From Malacoraja senta (taxonomy: Eukaryota), in NCBI GenBank assembly GCA_038087875.1, contig JAXLNO010000172.1, forward strand, positions 1 through 64,000: DNA of 64,000 bases, in the 5' to 3' direction. Made by a program: the position numbers and the translations under genes. Under the pieces are notes generated by a model that searched no databases, had not been told where the DNA came from, and was given only the letters and a program-made list of their open reading frames with translations. Shown piece after piece: positions 24,254 through 38,489 of the stretch; positions within the stretch are counted from its first letter, which is position 1; every line of letters begins with the position of its first letter.

Positions 24254-24819
24254 GTATGTTTTGTGGAGGCAGAACAAAAAAGATATTCTCAAAAATGCAG
24301 ATCAATTTATGAAATAAGATTGCTCTTCATTCAATACAAAAACAATTTACTGTGTCTATGTTACAACTTAACAATTTTTTTTAATACAACCTAAATTATA
24401 ATTAAAATCATTTCGAATAAAGCAAAATGTAAAAAGCTAAAATTGGATATCTAGTAGCCAAGTCTATTATGTATTTCCCAATTGCTTTTCAATATGTTGA
24501 ATTAGCAGACAAATTATCACACTACTCACCTTTTTAATTGTCATATTGTGGCTGCTTCTTAAAAGACCAGAAAGAGACAAAGCAATCATGAAAAGTGTTT
24601 AAATAGAAGGTATCCTGTCATCTTGTCAGAAATATCAAGTCATCGTTCATCGTTCATGTGGAAATACTTTCAGTCATTGGAAGTGAAGGTGAATGTCATG
24701 AATGTGAGATCAAAATTAATAATGTAAGGAATAGATGCTGCACAGATGAAGATATTATCAATCATTCACATGTCAAATTAAATCAGTCACCTGGTCTACT
24801 TTCTCGATACCCATGACTA

Positions 24820-25746
24820 TGTAGCCAGACACAACTCAAAAGCCATCTTTAAAATCACACAAATACCTTCATTGTTGGATGAATAAAAGGTAAGAATGAG
24901 TCAGAGTAAAGGATGGAGATTGACAATATGATTGAATGGTACATGAACACAATCCTGTTCTCAATTTTTAGCAAGAATTAGGAGCTGATTATTGACGAAG
25001 AAGACAAAACCTAGGATCCATGAACCTGCCTTAATCGAGGGGGAGGAGAAAGTCGGTTTCAAGTTCCTGGGAGTGCCTATCTCTGAAGATCTGTCCTGGA
25101 CCCAGCCCATGTTGCCATTGCAAAGAAAGTTTGTCAACGACACTACTTCCTTAGAAGATTGAGGAGATTTAGTACATCCCCAAAAACGGTATTGAACTTC
25201 TACAGGTGTACGGTAGAGAACACACTGGTTGGTTGCATCAAGAACCTGGTTTGGTAACTTGAATGCTCAGGAACTAAGGAAGCTGCAGAAAATGTAGACA
25301 TTGCCTAATCCATTTGTCTTGACCTCCTCAACATGAAAGGGATTTACAGGAGGCACTACCTCAACAAGGCACCATCAGGCCGCATTTTCATATTGCTACT
25401 ACCATTGAGAAGAAGATACGGGAGCCTGAAAACCGTGATCTTCAGGTTCAAGAGCAGCTTCTTCCCAGCGGTTCAAGAGCAGCTTCTTCCCAGCAACCAC
25501 CAGGCTCTTGAACAGTGAACAACACTAACCACAACCCTACCTCAACAACTATGATCTTCTATGGACTTTGTTTTGGTTGCACAACAGACTGCACTACTGA
25601 TTATCAATGTAATGTATTATTAAATATTGATATCTATTTGTACATTATTGCATCAATGTGCCTGTAAGGCTGCAGCAAGTAAGAATTTCATTGTTCTGTT
25701 TTTGGTGCATATGACAATTAAACACTCTTAACTCTTGACTCTTGAA
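24820..25746 (+). mobile_element. Decayed Rex-Babar 3' fragment
   Basis: Homologous to 55152-56246 (TTCAAGTTCCTGGGAGTG..ATCTCTGAAGATCTGTCCTGG; TTCTACAGGTGTACGGTAGAG). Ends AAGAATTTCATTGTT...ATGACAATTAAA followed by (CTCTTGA)n. Confidence 0.85.
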
Positions 25747-25809
25747 TATAAAAGTGACCAAACTAAATAAACGGCTGTTTTAGTTAACCATAAACCAAGA
25801 AAATGTAGA

Positions 25810-26017
25810 TAGACACAAATGCTGGAATAACTCAGCAGATCAGGCAGTATCCCTGGAGAACATGGATGGGTGACATTTTGGCTCAGGAGAAGGGTTCTGA
25901 CCCAAAACGTCACCTATCCATGTTCTCTGGGGTTCCTGCCTGTCCCACAGAGTTACTCCAGCATTTTGTGTCTATCTTTGGTACAAACCAACATCTGCAG
26001 TTTCTTGTTGTTAATAT
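25810..26017. mobile_element. Penelope-derived mini-element, head-to-head inverted pair with 13-bp TSD
   Basis: Arms 25806-25876 and 25899-25977 are reverse complements. Flanked by AAGAAAATGTAGA at 25797-25809 and 26018-26030. Confidence 0.8.
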
Positions 26018-27225
26018 AAGAAAATGTAGACTTTGGGAATTATTTTAACGCCTCAGAGTTTTAGCATTCTAAGAATGTTGTATTGCATTCAAGTAACAAG
26101 TTATCCAAAGCAAACCATACAGCATGATAGGACATTAACCCTATCCAATCTCTCACCATTGAACAAATTACCCAAGTGCACCTCATATTTTTCCACATTA
26201 TATTCCATGTACTGTTGTTTCATCCATTCATTTAGCTTGTCAATCATTTCTTGAAACCTCTTTACATCCTCCTATGTATGAATCTAGTTTGGTATGGTCA
26301 ACAAATTTGAAAATATGATATATCATCTCCTCAGTCCAACTGTTGTTCTAAACCATGTAAAGCTGGGGCCAAAACATCAACAAACAGTGGGGACTCATTC
26401 CCCAATAACCAATTATCAATATGCAAAATGATTTGCTGGAGGATCAGGCAGCATCCATTGAAGGGGACATCCAATGCAAGGATCTTGTCTCAACTTACCA
26501 TTTCCTTCCACAGATACTGCTTGATCCATTTGGTTTCTCCAGCAGAGGAATGTTTAGTATTGAAGATTCCAGCACCCTAAGTCTCTTGTGTAACCAATTC
26601 TCATTACATATCTGTATATTATCCCCTATTTCATGATTCTTATCCTTGTTAATCAACCTCCTGTGCCAAATGTTTTTGAAAACCTCTCAGAAATCCAAAT
26701 ACACTCCCAAACCCCCTGATCTATTCTGCTAGGCACACCCTCAAAAAAATTCAGCAGATGTCAAATATAATTTGGTCAACTTGGCTGTGTTCAGTTCCAT
26801 TATTCTTTCCGAGGAGTTCTGTCATTCCTTTATTATCGATCCCCGCACTTTCAAAGAAATGTGAATATCATGAACAAAAGTTAGTGGATTTATTGAAATG
26901 ATAACATCATTAATAGTTACTATTAATAGTTACTCATAAGCAGCTATTCACTCACTCGTCATTTACCTCTGCCAGCAGGGTTTGTTAGTTGTAAATTCAG
27001 TACAAACCCAGCACAACTATAATGGATTAAAATACATGGGAAAAGCCGATTTATGTTCTCAATGCACCAAAACATCATTCTAGAAATTCAAATTGATAAG
27101 ATGTTTTTATAATCTTAAAGTAAGGGTTGGGGAAGGAGGTAACAGGGTGAAAGAAGATTTCTCTCAAAACATATTGTTCAATTTCATGAAATTAACGTAG
27201 TTATCCTTTCCTCTTTTTATGGTAG

Positions 27226-27327
<102 letters not shown>

Positions 27328-29379
27328 TGAGGGAGCCAAACTGAGAATTAGCCAGTGGACAGCTTTACACAGTGAGACTCAGTAGAGTATTCTATCCATG
27401 GTCAAAGAACCTCTTGTGATGGAGTGAAGATATCCATTTGATTTCCTCGTGTCTTCGCTGCAGACCTCCTTTTAGCGAGAAACATCCTGTCCTGTGCTGT
27501 ATGTTCTCTACATCCAGATTGGTGGACAGGTTGCATATTGACACATATTGGGCAATTTTCCTATTTCTGCCAAGGTAGTCTATCTCTGTGGTATTTTCCA
27601 GCTGATCCTGAACTGGTAAAATTCATTGGCAAGGAATACTGAAGCTTGAAATTGTTAACATGTTTTTAGATGATAGCTACACACTAGTTAAGTTATAAAT
27701 TGTCAGTGTTTTATTTTTAATTATTGCAGTTGATTATGTCCTTTTACACTTTTGTCTTTAAATGCTTCACACCATATTTTAAATTGGTACACCTGGGTGC
27801 TGTTGGTGTTATATTTGTGATTAGAGTATTGAAGGGTTGAAGTAATTCTTAAAATTAGCATATTTTATAAATAAAAATTTAAGTAATCAAAATACTGGAA
27901 ATAAAAATTTAAGTAATCAAAATACTGGAAATAGTAAGCACCTCATCAGCGTTTATGTGGGAATATCAAAAGTTAGAATGAATAAAGAAACATATTTAAA
28001 AGTTCCATACTTAATCCTAACCTTATGATATACATGCTCCTGGTCTGTAGGGTGAACTATTTAACATAAAAGGAAAACTAATAATATCTAATCATGTTGA
28101 TTGTGCATATTTATGATGGCAAATGCAGGAAGGCCATCCTTTAATAAAAAATACTCGTGGAAACTGAAAAATACATAAAGAGGATGGATGTGTGCTAAAC
28201 CAATTCTCACATTCCGTTCTATGTGGCTGCCTGATCCACAATCACAACTTCACATCTCTACAATTGATGAAAACTTCAAAAATATACTGTCTTCAAAGTG
28301 AATACCTGGTTCTCCCCATATGTGTATGTCACAGACAATCAACAAAATTGAGTCTGGCTCCCAGTAAATTCTTGCTTGTTCCTTGTTGCTGAATTTTTTT
28401 CTTTCTCTTTTCTTTTTCTCTCCCTTTCACTGTGTCTCTGTATCTTTGTTTCAAGTTTTCATTGACTCAATGAACTAAGGTAGACTCAACTAAGGTAGCA
28501 TTCTATAGTAACTTCTGTGAATTTTACTGTGAATGTTGTTGTTGCATTTCATGTACATATACAAAACATGTGCATAAACTGCTGTGGTTTGATCTCAATC
28601 CTGGAAGATTCCTAATGATCACATCAAAAAATTAATATCACTTCAGTTATTGGAAAGCCTGTTGTCATGCTTCAAGGTAGGAAACAAATGGCCATAATTG
28701 TGTTATTATTCCTTCTCAGTGGAGACAAATATTACTCAGTTTTGAGTGACTACTCAATTTTTCTTCTGCTTTTATTTTACCCTCAGGCTCCCTGAGGTAT
28801 TGTCCAATGAACTCTTAAAACCCTTCTCTTCAGCATTTGAAAGGAGCTGTTGACCTTTTTAAAATAATGCTCTGTAATAAATGTTAATTATATATGGTAA
28901 TCCACTAGGCACTATTTTATATATTTTGTTGATATAATCTACGTTCAACTTTAAAATAATGAAAAGTATATTTAAGGACTAAATTGGAAAGTGCTGTTGG
29001 TTCAGGAGGTGAGATTAACCCATGTTTGGAACAGAATGAATGCATTATTTAGGCCAAATGAATGCATTATTTAGGCCACAACCTCATTATCACAGTTCCA
29101 GCAACCATCCAGTTCTCCCTATTTCAAGTATGGCAATTGTGGCTCTGTCAGTCACTCAACACCTTGTCAAAAGGTTGCAGATTCGAGTCCTACTACAAAG
29201 ATTGTGTAGAAAAATCTTGGTAACAACCTGGAGTCATACTGATGGTATGAGGATTGATTGCTTTAGGAATTATTTTCATATACCACATATGCCCAAACAC
29301 AAATTACACTTATGTTCTTAAATATACGTTAAAATCTATCAGTTCTGATCAATATCAGGATGTTTATAATGTTTCCAGG

Positions 29380-30400
29380 ATTATTTCCACTGCCCTTTTA
29401 ATCAAAGGGACAACATTAGCTACTCTCTCGTCCTTGCCTGTGATTCAAGAAGGTAAAAAGGCAAGGACCTTCACCAAGGTCCCTGCAATCTTATTTGCAT
29501 CTCTCAATAACTTGGGACAGATCCAATCAGGCACTGGGTATTTATCCACCTAATTACTCTTCAAGAGCCTCAACACCAGCTCCTTCTTGATCTCAAAATG
29601 CCGTTGCATATTAATATTCCCCATATTAATCTCACTATCCTCCATGTCCTTCTCCTGAGTGAATACAGGTGCAGAGTACTCATTTTGTACCTTGCCAACA
29701 ACCTATGACTCCAAGCATAATGCCCTCATTTATACTTGAGCAGTCCTACTTTCTCCCTGGTTACCCTCTGGTTTATGATGTACATATAAAGAACCACAGG
29801 ATTTTCTATAATCTGACTCGCCAATTACATTTCATGGCCCCTTTTGGCCTTTCCAATTGCTTGCTTGTTCTTCCCAGTTTGCTTTATATTTCTCTAAGGC
29901 CCTGTCCAACTTCCTCTTTCTCAACCTCACATATAATTACTTTTACTTTTTGACCAAATTTGCAACCTCTTTGGTCATCTGAGGTTCCTTTACCTTGCCA
30001 TTCTTAACCCTCATCCTTACTGGAACATTGGTCCTGATCTCTGATCAACTGGCCTTTAAATGACTCCTGCATGTCAGATATGGACTTGCTCAATAACAAC
30101 GTTACTCTCCTGAGCTTCTGCTTAATAATGCTGTAATCTGCCTTACTCCAATTTAGTACCTTCCCCCATGGACCACACTTATCCTTTCTCATAACTATTG
30201 TAAAACTCATGGAAGAAGGGTCTCGACCCGAAACGTCACCTATTCATTTTTTGCTGAAATGCTGCCTGACCTACTGAGTTTCTCCAGCTTTTTGTATCTA
30301 TCTTCAGTAAACGTATGGAACTGTGATCACTGTTCCCAAAATGCTCTTCCATTGAAATGCTCTTCCACAAAATGCTCTTCCAGTCACCTGGCTTCAACAT
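29380..30400 (-). mobile_element. Decayed CR1 ORF2 fragment, interrupted by a Penelope-type mini-element
   Basis: Minus-strand remnants EHFGNSDH and KVLNWSKADY, plus DK-PGPD-like sequence near 29520-29550. Similar to 58300-58460. Confidence 0.7.
30215..30314 (+). mobile_element. Penelope-derived mini-element, truncated within the hammerhead core
   Basis: GAAGAAGGGTCTCGACCCGAAACGTCACC...GCTGCCTGACCTACTGAGTTTCTCCAGC; ATGGAA duplicated on both sides (30209-30214 and 30315-30320). Confidence 0.8.
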
Positions 30401-32427
30401 CATAGTACCAAGCACTGATCCAAGCGCTAAGTTAATCTGCTTTTCCAACAACGCAGACAACACTGCCTGCACTGAAATAGATTCACTTCAGCCCATTAAT
30501 TTCACCATATTCCATAACCTCTCCATGCCTGTCCTTCCTTTGAGACTTTCTGGTCATAAACTCTGCTCTCCTATTAGCTTTTCCATTTGCTGACCTTCTG
30601 TTCTGATTCCCAACTTCCTGCACTTAATCCAATTTCTGTATTTCTGACATAGGCAAACAAACTAACACCCCATGATGACCAGTTCAAGATATTCTTTCAA
30701 GAACTTGATATCTATCCACCCTCTGAAGCACTGAAGTTCATTAGAAAGGAGAACCAAAAGGAAATAGCTTGAGAAAAGGGGCTTTAGAACTTTTCTTAAA
30801 TTGGAGAATTTCTTATTTTTTCGCTTTCCTGTTCATTTTATATTCTCAGTTTTTTTATGAAACATCTGCTTTATGCATTTGTCATGTCACTATCTTGAAG
30901 GCATTTACTGGGAGAAACAGATTGGCCGATGATAAGAAGTACCTATCATTATCATTATGGCCTGTGAGCATCTTGTCCCCCATATGCTACATGTGTATTT
31001 TGTACCTCAAGACAATATATATATTCTTAAGATATCATACATCTACAATGCCCCATTTACCAGCTTTTCTCTGTGATTTGTTTACATAAAAGTTTTCAGA
31101 ATTGAATGAAATGTAAGTCAAGCAAATATTCATCTTCCAGACTCACTCAAAATTTGTAATTGTCAATTAATGTATCTTGTTCTGACCTTTGCAAAAATGG
31201 TGTTGAGGGAAATATGATGAAGTAAAGTTTTAAGAGCATTAGATAAAAATGCAATTAAAAATATAATAATTAGGTCCCACAGGCCAAGAATAGCACTTTT
31301 AGAAGGTGACTATCATTTACAAATACTAATAGCGTCACGAAAAACAGGTTTTGGTTCAACTAGCAGTTATCAAATAGTGACTGTGAAATAATATACTTTA
31401 ATTATGACATATTTACTTCAAAGTAAATACTTTGCAACTGCTTATTACAGAATAAATAAAAGATTCAGCTTGGATATGTTGATGCATTTACCCATTTGAA
31501 AAAAACTTAACATCTCTATCCTTAAAATATTTAAGAACTTACACTTTCATATTAAACATTACTGAACATATTAACCTTACTAAGTCACCAAAGAGCCATT
31601 CTTCTTGTGTGGAAAAAAGGCAATGAGTCTCAATATCTTTTTGTCAGAGACACATCACATTAAAGTCTTAGCTCAATCCTCAGTCCACTTGGAAATATTC
31701 TTTTGGAGATTATAGCTTGGTGGTGTTGAGGCTCATTGACATGGCTCAAATGCCAAATGACTGAAAATGCTAACACAACATTAAATCTCAGACATTTTGG
31801 TCACTTAATCACTACCTGCATCAATAGAGTCAGTTACTTTATTTGATTTTAAGACAGTTCATATCTTTTTTGTTATAAGGTACTAACTTGCATTAAAAAG
31901 TAGTTAAGTAGCTGAAGGCTTTTACAAATCCATGCTCATAACTTAATTGGAGTTTGGGATTGACTGCTACCATTTGCACATATCCTCGAGGGAGTTTAGT
32001 GTTCCATTTGGTTCCAACTGTTTCATAAAAATTAGTTTTGATGATACGAATGCAATTTCCTATATTTATGTAATCTCTATATACTAAGGCAACTATTTTT
32101 TTTTCCAAGTCTCCACTTTTCTTGACTTATTTATATTATGTACTTCATTTTTCATTCATAATCACCATACAGATGTATTGTTTCATGTTATGGAAAATAC
32201 TGACATTAATACTCAGAGTTTGGTATCAACTTATCTGGGAGACAAACAAAGAGTTTACAAAGAGGATGAGAAAAGGTTTGATGAATACAGTAGGAAGCTT
32301 TGTTCGTACCCCACTTACAAAACTCTTCACCATGTTTTGAACTGTAAAATGGGTGTTGGAATTTATGTTCCGTATCTCTTTGTTCCAATCTGATGGCAGA
32401 AAACTGATGGACTCTTCTTCTTTTTAG

Positions 32428-32497
32428 ACCACTGGTTGCCATGTATAACGATAAACTTGATCTTCAGACCTGTCTTGAGCATGGCAGGATAGCAAAG
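32428..32497 (+). CDS. DNMT3A: DNMT3A exon equivalent to human exon 21 (70 nt)
   Basis: tttttag|AC...AAG|gttagt; translates PLVAMYNDKLDLQTCLEHGRIAK. Confidence 0.96.
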
Positions 32498-35400
32498 GTT
32501 AGTGCACGCTATCTGTACAATGGTTTTCTATTGTTGGAATGAATGGCAGGGAGTGACCTTGCAATCACTTTCAACTATCATTTTTAGGATGATTAAAAAT
32601 TGAAATCACGTCATATTAATTTCTCTCCTACCCTTTTGTAGACGCTGCTCTCCACAGTCTCTTCCTAACAGGTCGATTGAGAAAGTCTCCAGTTCCTCTT
32701 GCTTTATTTATATCAGATTACAAGGAGAGAAGAATAGTGAATCGATTTTCCCCATCTCTGCAGAAACACTGTTTATTGATTCACTGGCTGCTATATCACA
32801 CATCCAAGCCTCACTCTCTGCCCATGGGGAAATCCCAGGCAAGGATTTCTTTTGAAAAATAAATTGCCTGATCTTTAGACTGGAGCGATGTAAGATTGAA
32901 CCAGTGTGCTACCAAATTCATTTCCACATATTTTGAGGTACTGCACTCTGCTAAACAGAACCAAACCCAGGCACCTAACTGACAGCTCTGATTGGGTGCT
33001 CAGTATTATACTCAACACAATTTTATTTCCACAGACATTTGGTGGATCGGTTAGGATGTAAAATGAACACAGAGTCTGCTCAGGTTAGTCACCATTGCTC
33101 ATCTTGCCATTTAGTCACGGAGTTCCATAATCCCAAGGGGAACAGATAACAGCAGAAAAAGAATAATATATCATTTTTTAAACTAAATCTGTGTTACTAT
33201 TATTTTTTAACTGAAAAGCAAATTTAATCCCATAACGATCCCAAATAATTAATTTTCAAATATACTGGTTTGCAGTGTTGTCTTGCATTGTCAACCATTA
33301 TCATAATTAGTAAACTAAAGGATATGTGAGGATGTGTGTTGAAGAGAACATAGAGGGTTAATGCTGCATATCACTAGTTTACCCTGCCACCCCTTGAATC
33401 ATCCTGTTCAGTTTCTAAATTAGTTTCTAAATTAGTAATATTTTAAAGGTGAATTTGTCCTTATTCTTCTGCATTTACATTTCAATCTTCCGATTAGTAG
33501 CTGATGCTCTCAGTTGAACTATCCTTCATGGACATGCATCATGGACTTCCTCTAGACATCATGAATAACTTATTCTGTTTTCATCCAAAACAGTAGACAT
33601 AACTAGAACATCTACATAACTAGAACATTTCCCCTTGTTTTCACCACTTTTTTGAGGGTGACAAAGAGCATCTGCGAGATCATATCAAACATACCAAAAC
33701 CTCTCTTTAAAGTTAAAATAAACAAATATATATGGTCCAATTGGCTGTACAAATGATAAAATGCATCTATGATCTGACTCAGCTGCAAAATGCTTCTGAA
33801 ATAGTTTGACAACAACATTTGCATGGAATTGGAAATTCATATTTCATCTGTGGATTCATCACCACTTTGTATTTTGTTCAATATTAAATGTAGTAGGAGA
33901 TGCTGTATATATAGCTTACTCATGTCACAGATTTAAATTTTCATTTTTAATTTATATTGTCATTTTTATTGCCCACCCTAATTAACCTTGAGGAGGTACT
34001 GTTGCACCATCTTCTTCAACCACTGCAAAAATTCAGAATTCAATGAAGATAGAAATACTACTTACTGCTGCTATCTTAAATGTACAGCGGCACACAATTT
34101 GTTAATTGAATTAAACTGAAACAAATCCTTGAAGCCAGTTGATCACTTGGTCAGGATCAAGTGCCACTGATTAAGCAAACTGAAATAGTTCACATCTAAC
34201 TCATCCAGAGATCTCATGTTACAAAACAGAAATGCAATTGAAGTCACAGTTACTTGCAAGGTCTCTAATTTATTAAATAATGTAGAACAGAAAGCAGGTT
34301 CAGCTTTAAAAATTGCATTATATATGAACGGAGTACAATCTGTGGATGATGAAATACATAATAACCACACTAAGTTCTGAGTTTTGATATGGTTAGGTCA
34401 ATATGAAATGACAAAAGACCAATGTCATGCGCAAAGAGTCATAAGCAAGAAAGAGCAATGCGTGCTCCCAGTAGCCATTAAATATGCTCCCTCAAACACA
34501 TGTGATTGGCATGCATTTCCAAAAGTGGAAAGGAGAGAAGCTATGAAAATTTGTAGAATACTTCTTAATTTCTACAGTAGGACCTTGTAATTTGTGTCTT
34601 TGTATGGCCATATGTTATGTTGTTTGTGGGATATGTTATTTTGTTTTACAAATCACCATTTCTAGTACCTGGGTGTTTTCAGATAAAGAAAAACACATCA
34701 TTATAAAATTTACAGAGAGCAAAATAAAAATTGGCAGATACACAAGATTTAAATAAAACCTGATATATCATAAAGCGATAAAGGAAATATAAATTACTTT
34801 TTTATTGACAAAACATTTGTCCATTTTTCTCCAGGTTTTTGTCAGGGGTAGAGACTGATTAGGAACTCTTCTCATTCAATACGATTTAAAGACTTTTCTT
34901 CAAAGTAGTTTATATAAAATTAGACATCTCATCAAACCAATAATTCTGTGATGAATTCCTCTGCAAAGACTACCACACTGCACCCAATGGAGGAACAGGA
35001 TATCTTTGACAACAGATGCCACATCTCCATGTTTAATGCAATGTGTGTGGATCAATAAAGATACTGCTTATTGGGGCATAATAATGACCGTGAACAGTGA
35101 CAACTTCATCAATGCAGCCACAAATTTTGGCCGGTATTTTGGTTTGATTGGTGGCACACATTTCTGTAATTAAATCAATGGATATTGATACACTCTTGTA
35201 TCAAGGTATCACCTTCCTTATCTGATCTCTGATCTGCATAATTGGTAATCTTTCTTACCAATTATGCATAGATGCTGCATGTTCCGCTCAGTTCCTCCAG
35301 AGGTTTGTTTTTGCTCAAAATTCCAGCATCTGCAGTCTCTTATGCGTCCAGAACAGTTAATGTTTCCCAATATATTTACTTTTCAATATTGGTTTGTTGT

Positions 35401-36099
35401 GGTCCACAAACATTTTTATCTCTGATCCCCAACAAAAAAGTTCATATTTCAAAATTCAGTTTTCTTGTCCATCTTATTGGGTTTATTTTTTCAAGTGTGG
35501 TGTTTCCAAAATAGAAGCTGCATTATGGTCATTTAAAAAAATACAACGTAAAGTCAATTTAAAAGATTTTTTATAAATACCACAGCAAGTTGAAAAAAAT
35601 ATTTTACCTGTTGGTATCATTACACTCAGCATTTCATTTTATTCCATGGAATTTAACTATCACTGTGTTAAAACGATGATTGATGCTATGCTGTTTGTTT
35701 TGCGCCATCTTGGATAAATTTCTATCCATGCTTCTTTTAGGTGTGTTAACATTGGAAATATTATCTTTTGCCCTTTCCATGATAATCACTGGATTGGGCA
35801 AGAAGCAACTCTCCCTTCAATTTTCTCCTTGATCTTGGAGACACCCTTCATTTTTTCTTTCTTTTTATATTGGGTGACACAACAATGGGTGTAGATGTAA
35901 CAAGCACCTAAATTTGACCCGGGTGAAAAGGGGCATGAAAAAGATGATCTGTGGTACCAAAATCCAAATCCAATTTTCTGATTTTCTCAAGCCACCCTGG
36001 TTCAAGAAGTGATGATTACTTTTGCAATTGAAGTTCTGCATACAACAGTAGAGCTCTAGATGACTACTCTGTCTGGAGAGGCAGGAGAACCGGTGTGTT

Positions 36100-37700
36100 A
36101 AGCTTCACCGCTGGTATTCTCTGTGCAATGTGTTTGAAGTTAGACAGAATATTGAGATGCAAATCCAACAGATTTTATGCTCCTTTCTTAAATGTGTTTT
36201 GCCTTGAGCTCTCATAACTTTATGGAGCTGTTTGATGAAGAACGTAGAGAATTGACTGTCTGACCGCATCCTGTTGTGGAAGATGGTTTCTAATGCAGAG
36301 CAAGCAAATCTCATACTATACCCTTGTCAGCAGGGCTTCGGACCGATCTTAGTCCAGCAATCGGCAAAACATTTTAAAATGGGGTAACTTTGTTCCATTG
36401 CTTGACATTTATGGGCTATGTAGAATGTTGAATTTTCTGCTGGTGACAAATAGTGCTGAATTTTTTTGAGGAACTCTGCTCTGCTAGCTTATCCACCCAA
36501 GATCACTTGATTTTCAAAGTATAGGTCAGATTTGATTGCAAATCCAAGGAGCTGAGCTGACATTATAATCTTACAGAGTTAAGATGGGTGGGCTGCATTA
36601 AGCTTTCTTGTCCGAGTAATCTACTTAGCGTTGAATATAACACACCGTTTGTCTGCCCACTGTCCAGTTCTGTCTATTCCTGCAGTGATTTAGTCGCTGC
36701 TTGTCTTTCAGATTGGAAGTTAACCATTCTTTAGAGGGTTATCAAAGAGAACATCACTTTTGATGAATCTACCAAGTCACTGATGAAGACAACAATAGTG
36801 GGGCCAAGCACACTTTTCGAAGAACCCCCGCGTAGGTGTTTGAGATAAGAAGATAAGCATCCATTAACCATGACCTGGTGTTTGCATCTTCTGAGTAAGA
36901 GTTGTATCCAGTTAAACAGCTCACTAATTTTACCACATGAGGCTTTCTTGTCAGTGTGGAGAATGCCATACCCTCCCGAAGGTCTAACGTCAAAGTCTAC
37001 AGTATTAGGCCACTGGACATCAAGAGAATCACTCCATTTTTGGATCTCGAGGACATCCTGCGTCAACTGCTTTACTCTATCCTGTTATCAAACATCATAG
37101 GTTACTATAATCTAAGATGATGTACCAGCTACCGGGCAGCACAGTGGTGCAGCGGTAGAGTTGCTGCCTTACAGCACCAGAGACCCGGGTTCGATCCTGA
37201 CTACGGGTGTTGTCTGTACAGAGTTTGCACGTTCTCCCTGTGACCGCGTGGGTTTTCTCTGGGTGCTCTGGTTTCCTTCGATACTCCAAAGATGTAGAGG
37301 TTTGTAGGTTAATTGCCTTCAGTAAAAAATTGAGAATTGTCCCTAGTGTTTAGGATAGTACTAGTGTACAGGGTGATCGCTGGTCCGCGTGGATTCGATA
37401 GGCCAAAGGACCTATTTCCATGCTCTTTAGTCTAAAGTCTAAAGTAAAAGCTTCTCATTAACTGTGGTTTCCATGAGCTTTTAATACTTTTGCTTTTGGA
37501 GAGACTGGTCTGCAGTTCCCGGGGTCTGACTCTGATCCCATCCTTCAGATAGATACAATCTCATCCATTGTTGACCATGATAAGGTTGTGAACTCGGGCA
37601 CATGAGAAATTCTTTGTCTGAAACCTTTGTCTTGGAGCTCTGTAGGATGGTGCATTTGGGTACCAAATTACTGTGTTTCTAAGCCATTATAATCTTTCTG
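36100..37700 (-). mobile_element. Ancient, heavily decayed CR1-like LINE, interrupted by a SINE at 37134-37448
   Basis: Minus-strand remnant LFNWIQLLL..HQVMVNG...SVLGPTIVVFISDL corresponds to the RT stretch WI..FL..R.Q.V.VNG...GSVLGP.LF..YINDL. Boundaries are uncertain. Confidence 0.55.
37134..37448 (+). mobile_element. tRNA-derived V-SINE (HE1-like)
   Basis: A box GTGGTGCAGCGG, B box GGTTCGATCC, V-domain TTCTCCCTGTGACCGCGTGGGTTTTCTC...GGTTTCC...TCCAAAGA, and a CR1-like tail with (CTAAA)-type repeats. Confidence 0.9.
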
Positions 37701-38349
37701 ATCATTTGCTCTTGACTTCTGTTGTTACATTTGATGATTCATTCAAGATGAGTGTGATATCATTTTATATAAAATGGCATGAGTTCACAATCTCATTCAT
37801 GAAGTCAAAAGGACAAAGCCAAACCACATAATATAGAATTGCCTGACAAAACAGACGTTTCCTAGGCTTATTCGTGAAAGAGATAATGATTCCATGGGAG
37901 CACATCCTCCTCCAGCCCTCTTGTACAGGAATGGTGTGCGGTTATGGGAGAGGGAAAATCACCTTTGAATTAGAGAATTTTCTTTAAAGCTGCAAATATT
38001 TACACTTGAGGAAAAAATAAACATGAATTTTACCCGATTCTCCGTGGATGCCCATTAATCCCCCCCTTAAAATAGATGACATTTTGGCTCCTTAAATTCA
38101 ATCACCAAAAACTCTTTGCAAGTTCAGGAGCGTCTTCTGAAAACAAAAACTCAACATCAAGGGGATAAAGCAAATTAAGCTGATGTCCAGCTAACGCATG
38201 GGGTTGTGATTAGATTTGCACTAATCATGAGCATACCGCATCCTCCCAAGCAATCTCTGGAAAGAAATCCTTCATCCAGGTATCAACGCTCTATTTTTAT
38301 CCTTGCCAACTGTCAAATGGAGATGTAACTGTTGAGCACTACATGAAAC

Positions 38350-38466
38350 CGTTGACCCAAAATGTTGCCCGTCCATTCCCTCCACAGATGCTGCTTGACC
38401 TGCTGAGTTCTTCCAGCACTTTGTGTTTTGATCAAGATTCCAGCATCTGCAGTTTTGTTGTATCTC
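38350..38466 (+). mobile_element. Penelope-derived mini-element (decayed)
   Basis: GACCCAAAATGTTGCC...CACAGATGCTGCTTGACCTGCTGAGTTCTTCCAGCA...CCAGCATCTGCAG; same family as 47472-47565. Confidence 0.75.
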
Positions 38467-38489
38467 TATTTTATGGAGCTTTACTTCAT

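Noticed and set aside
27869..27933. Short perfect tandem duplications (30 bp here; also ~22 bp at 29036 and 25 bp at 25445)
   Set aside because: Ordinary slippage or repair duplications with no spacers; not CRISPR-like.
37134..37210. tRNA-like A/B boxes (also at 41851 and 48166)
   Set aside because: These are SINE heads followed by the V domain and a LINE-derived tail, not tRNA genes.
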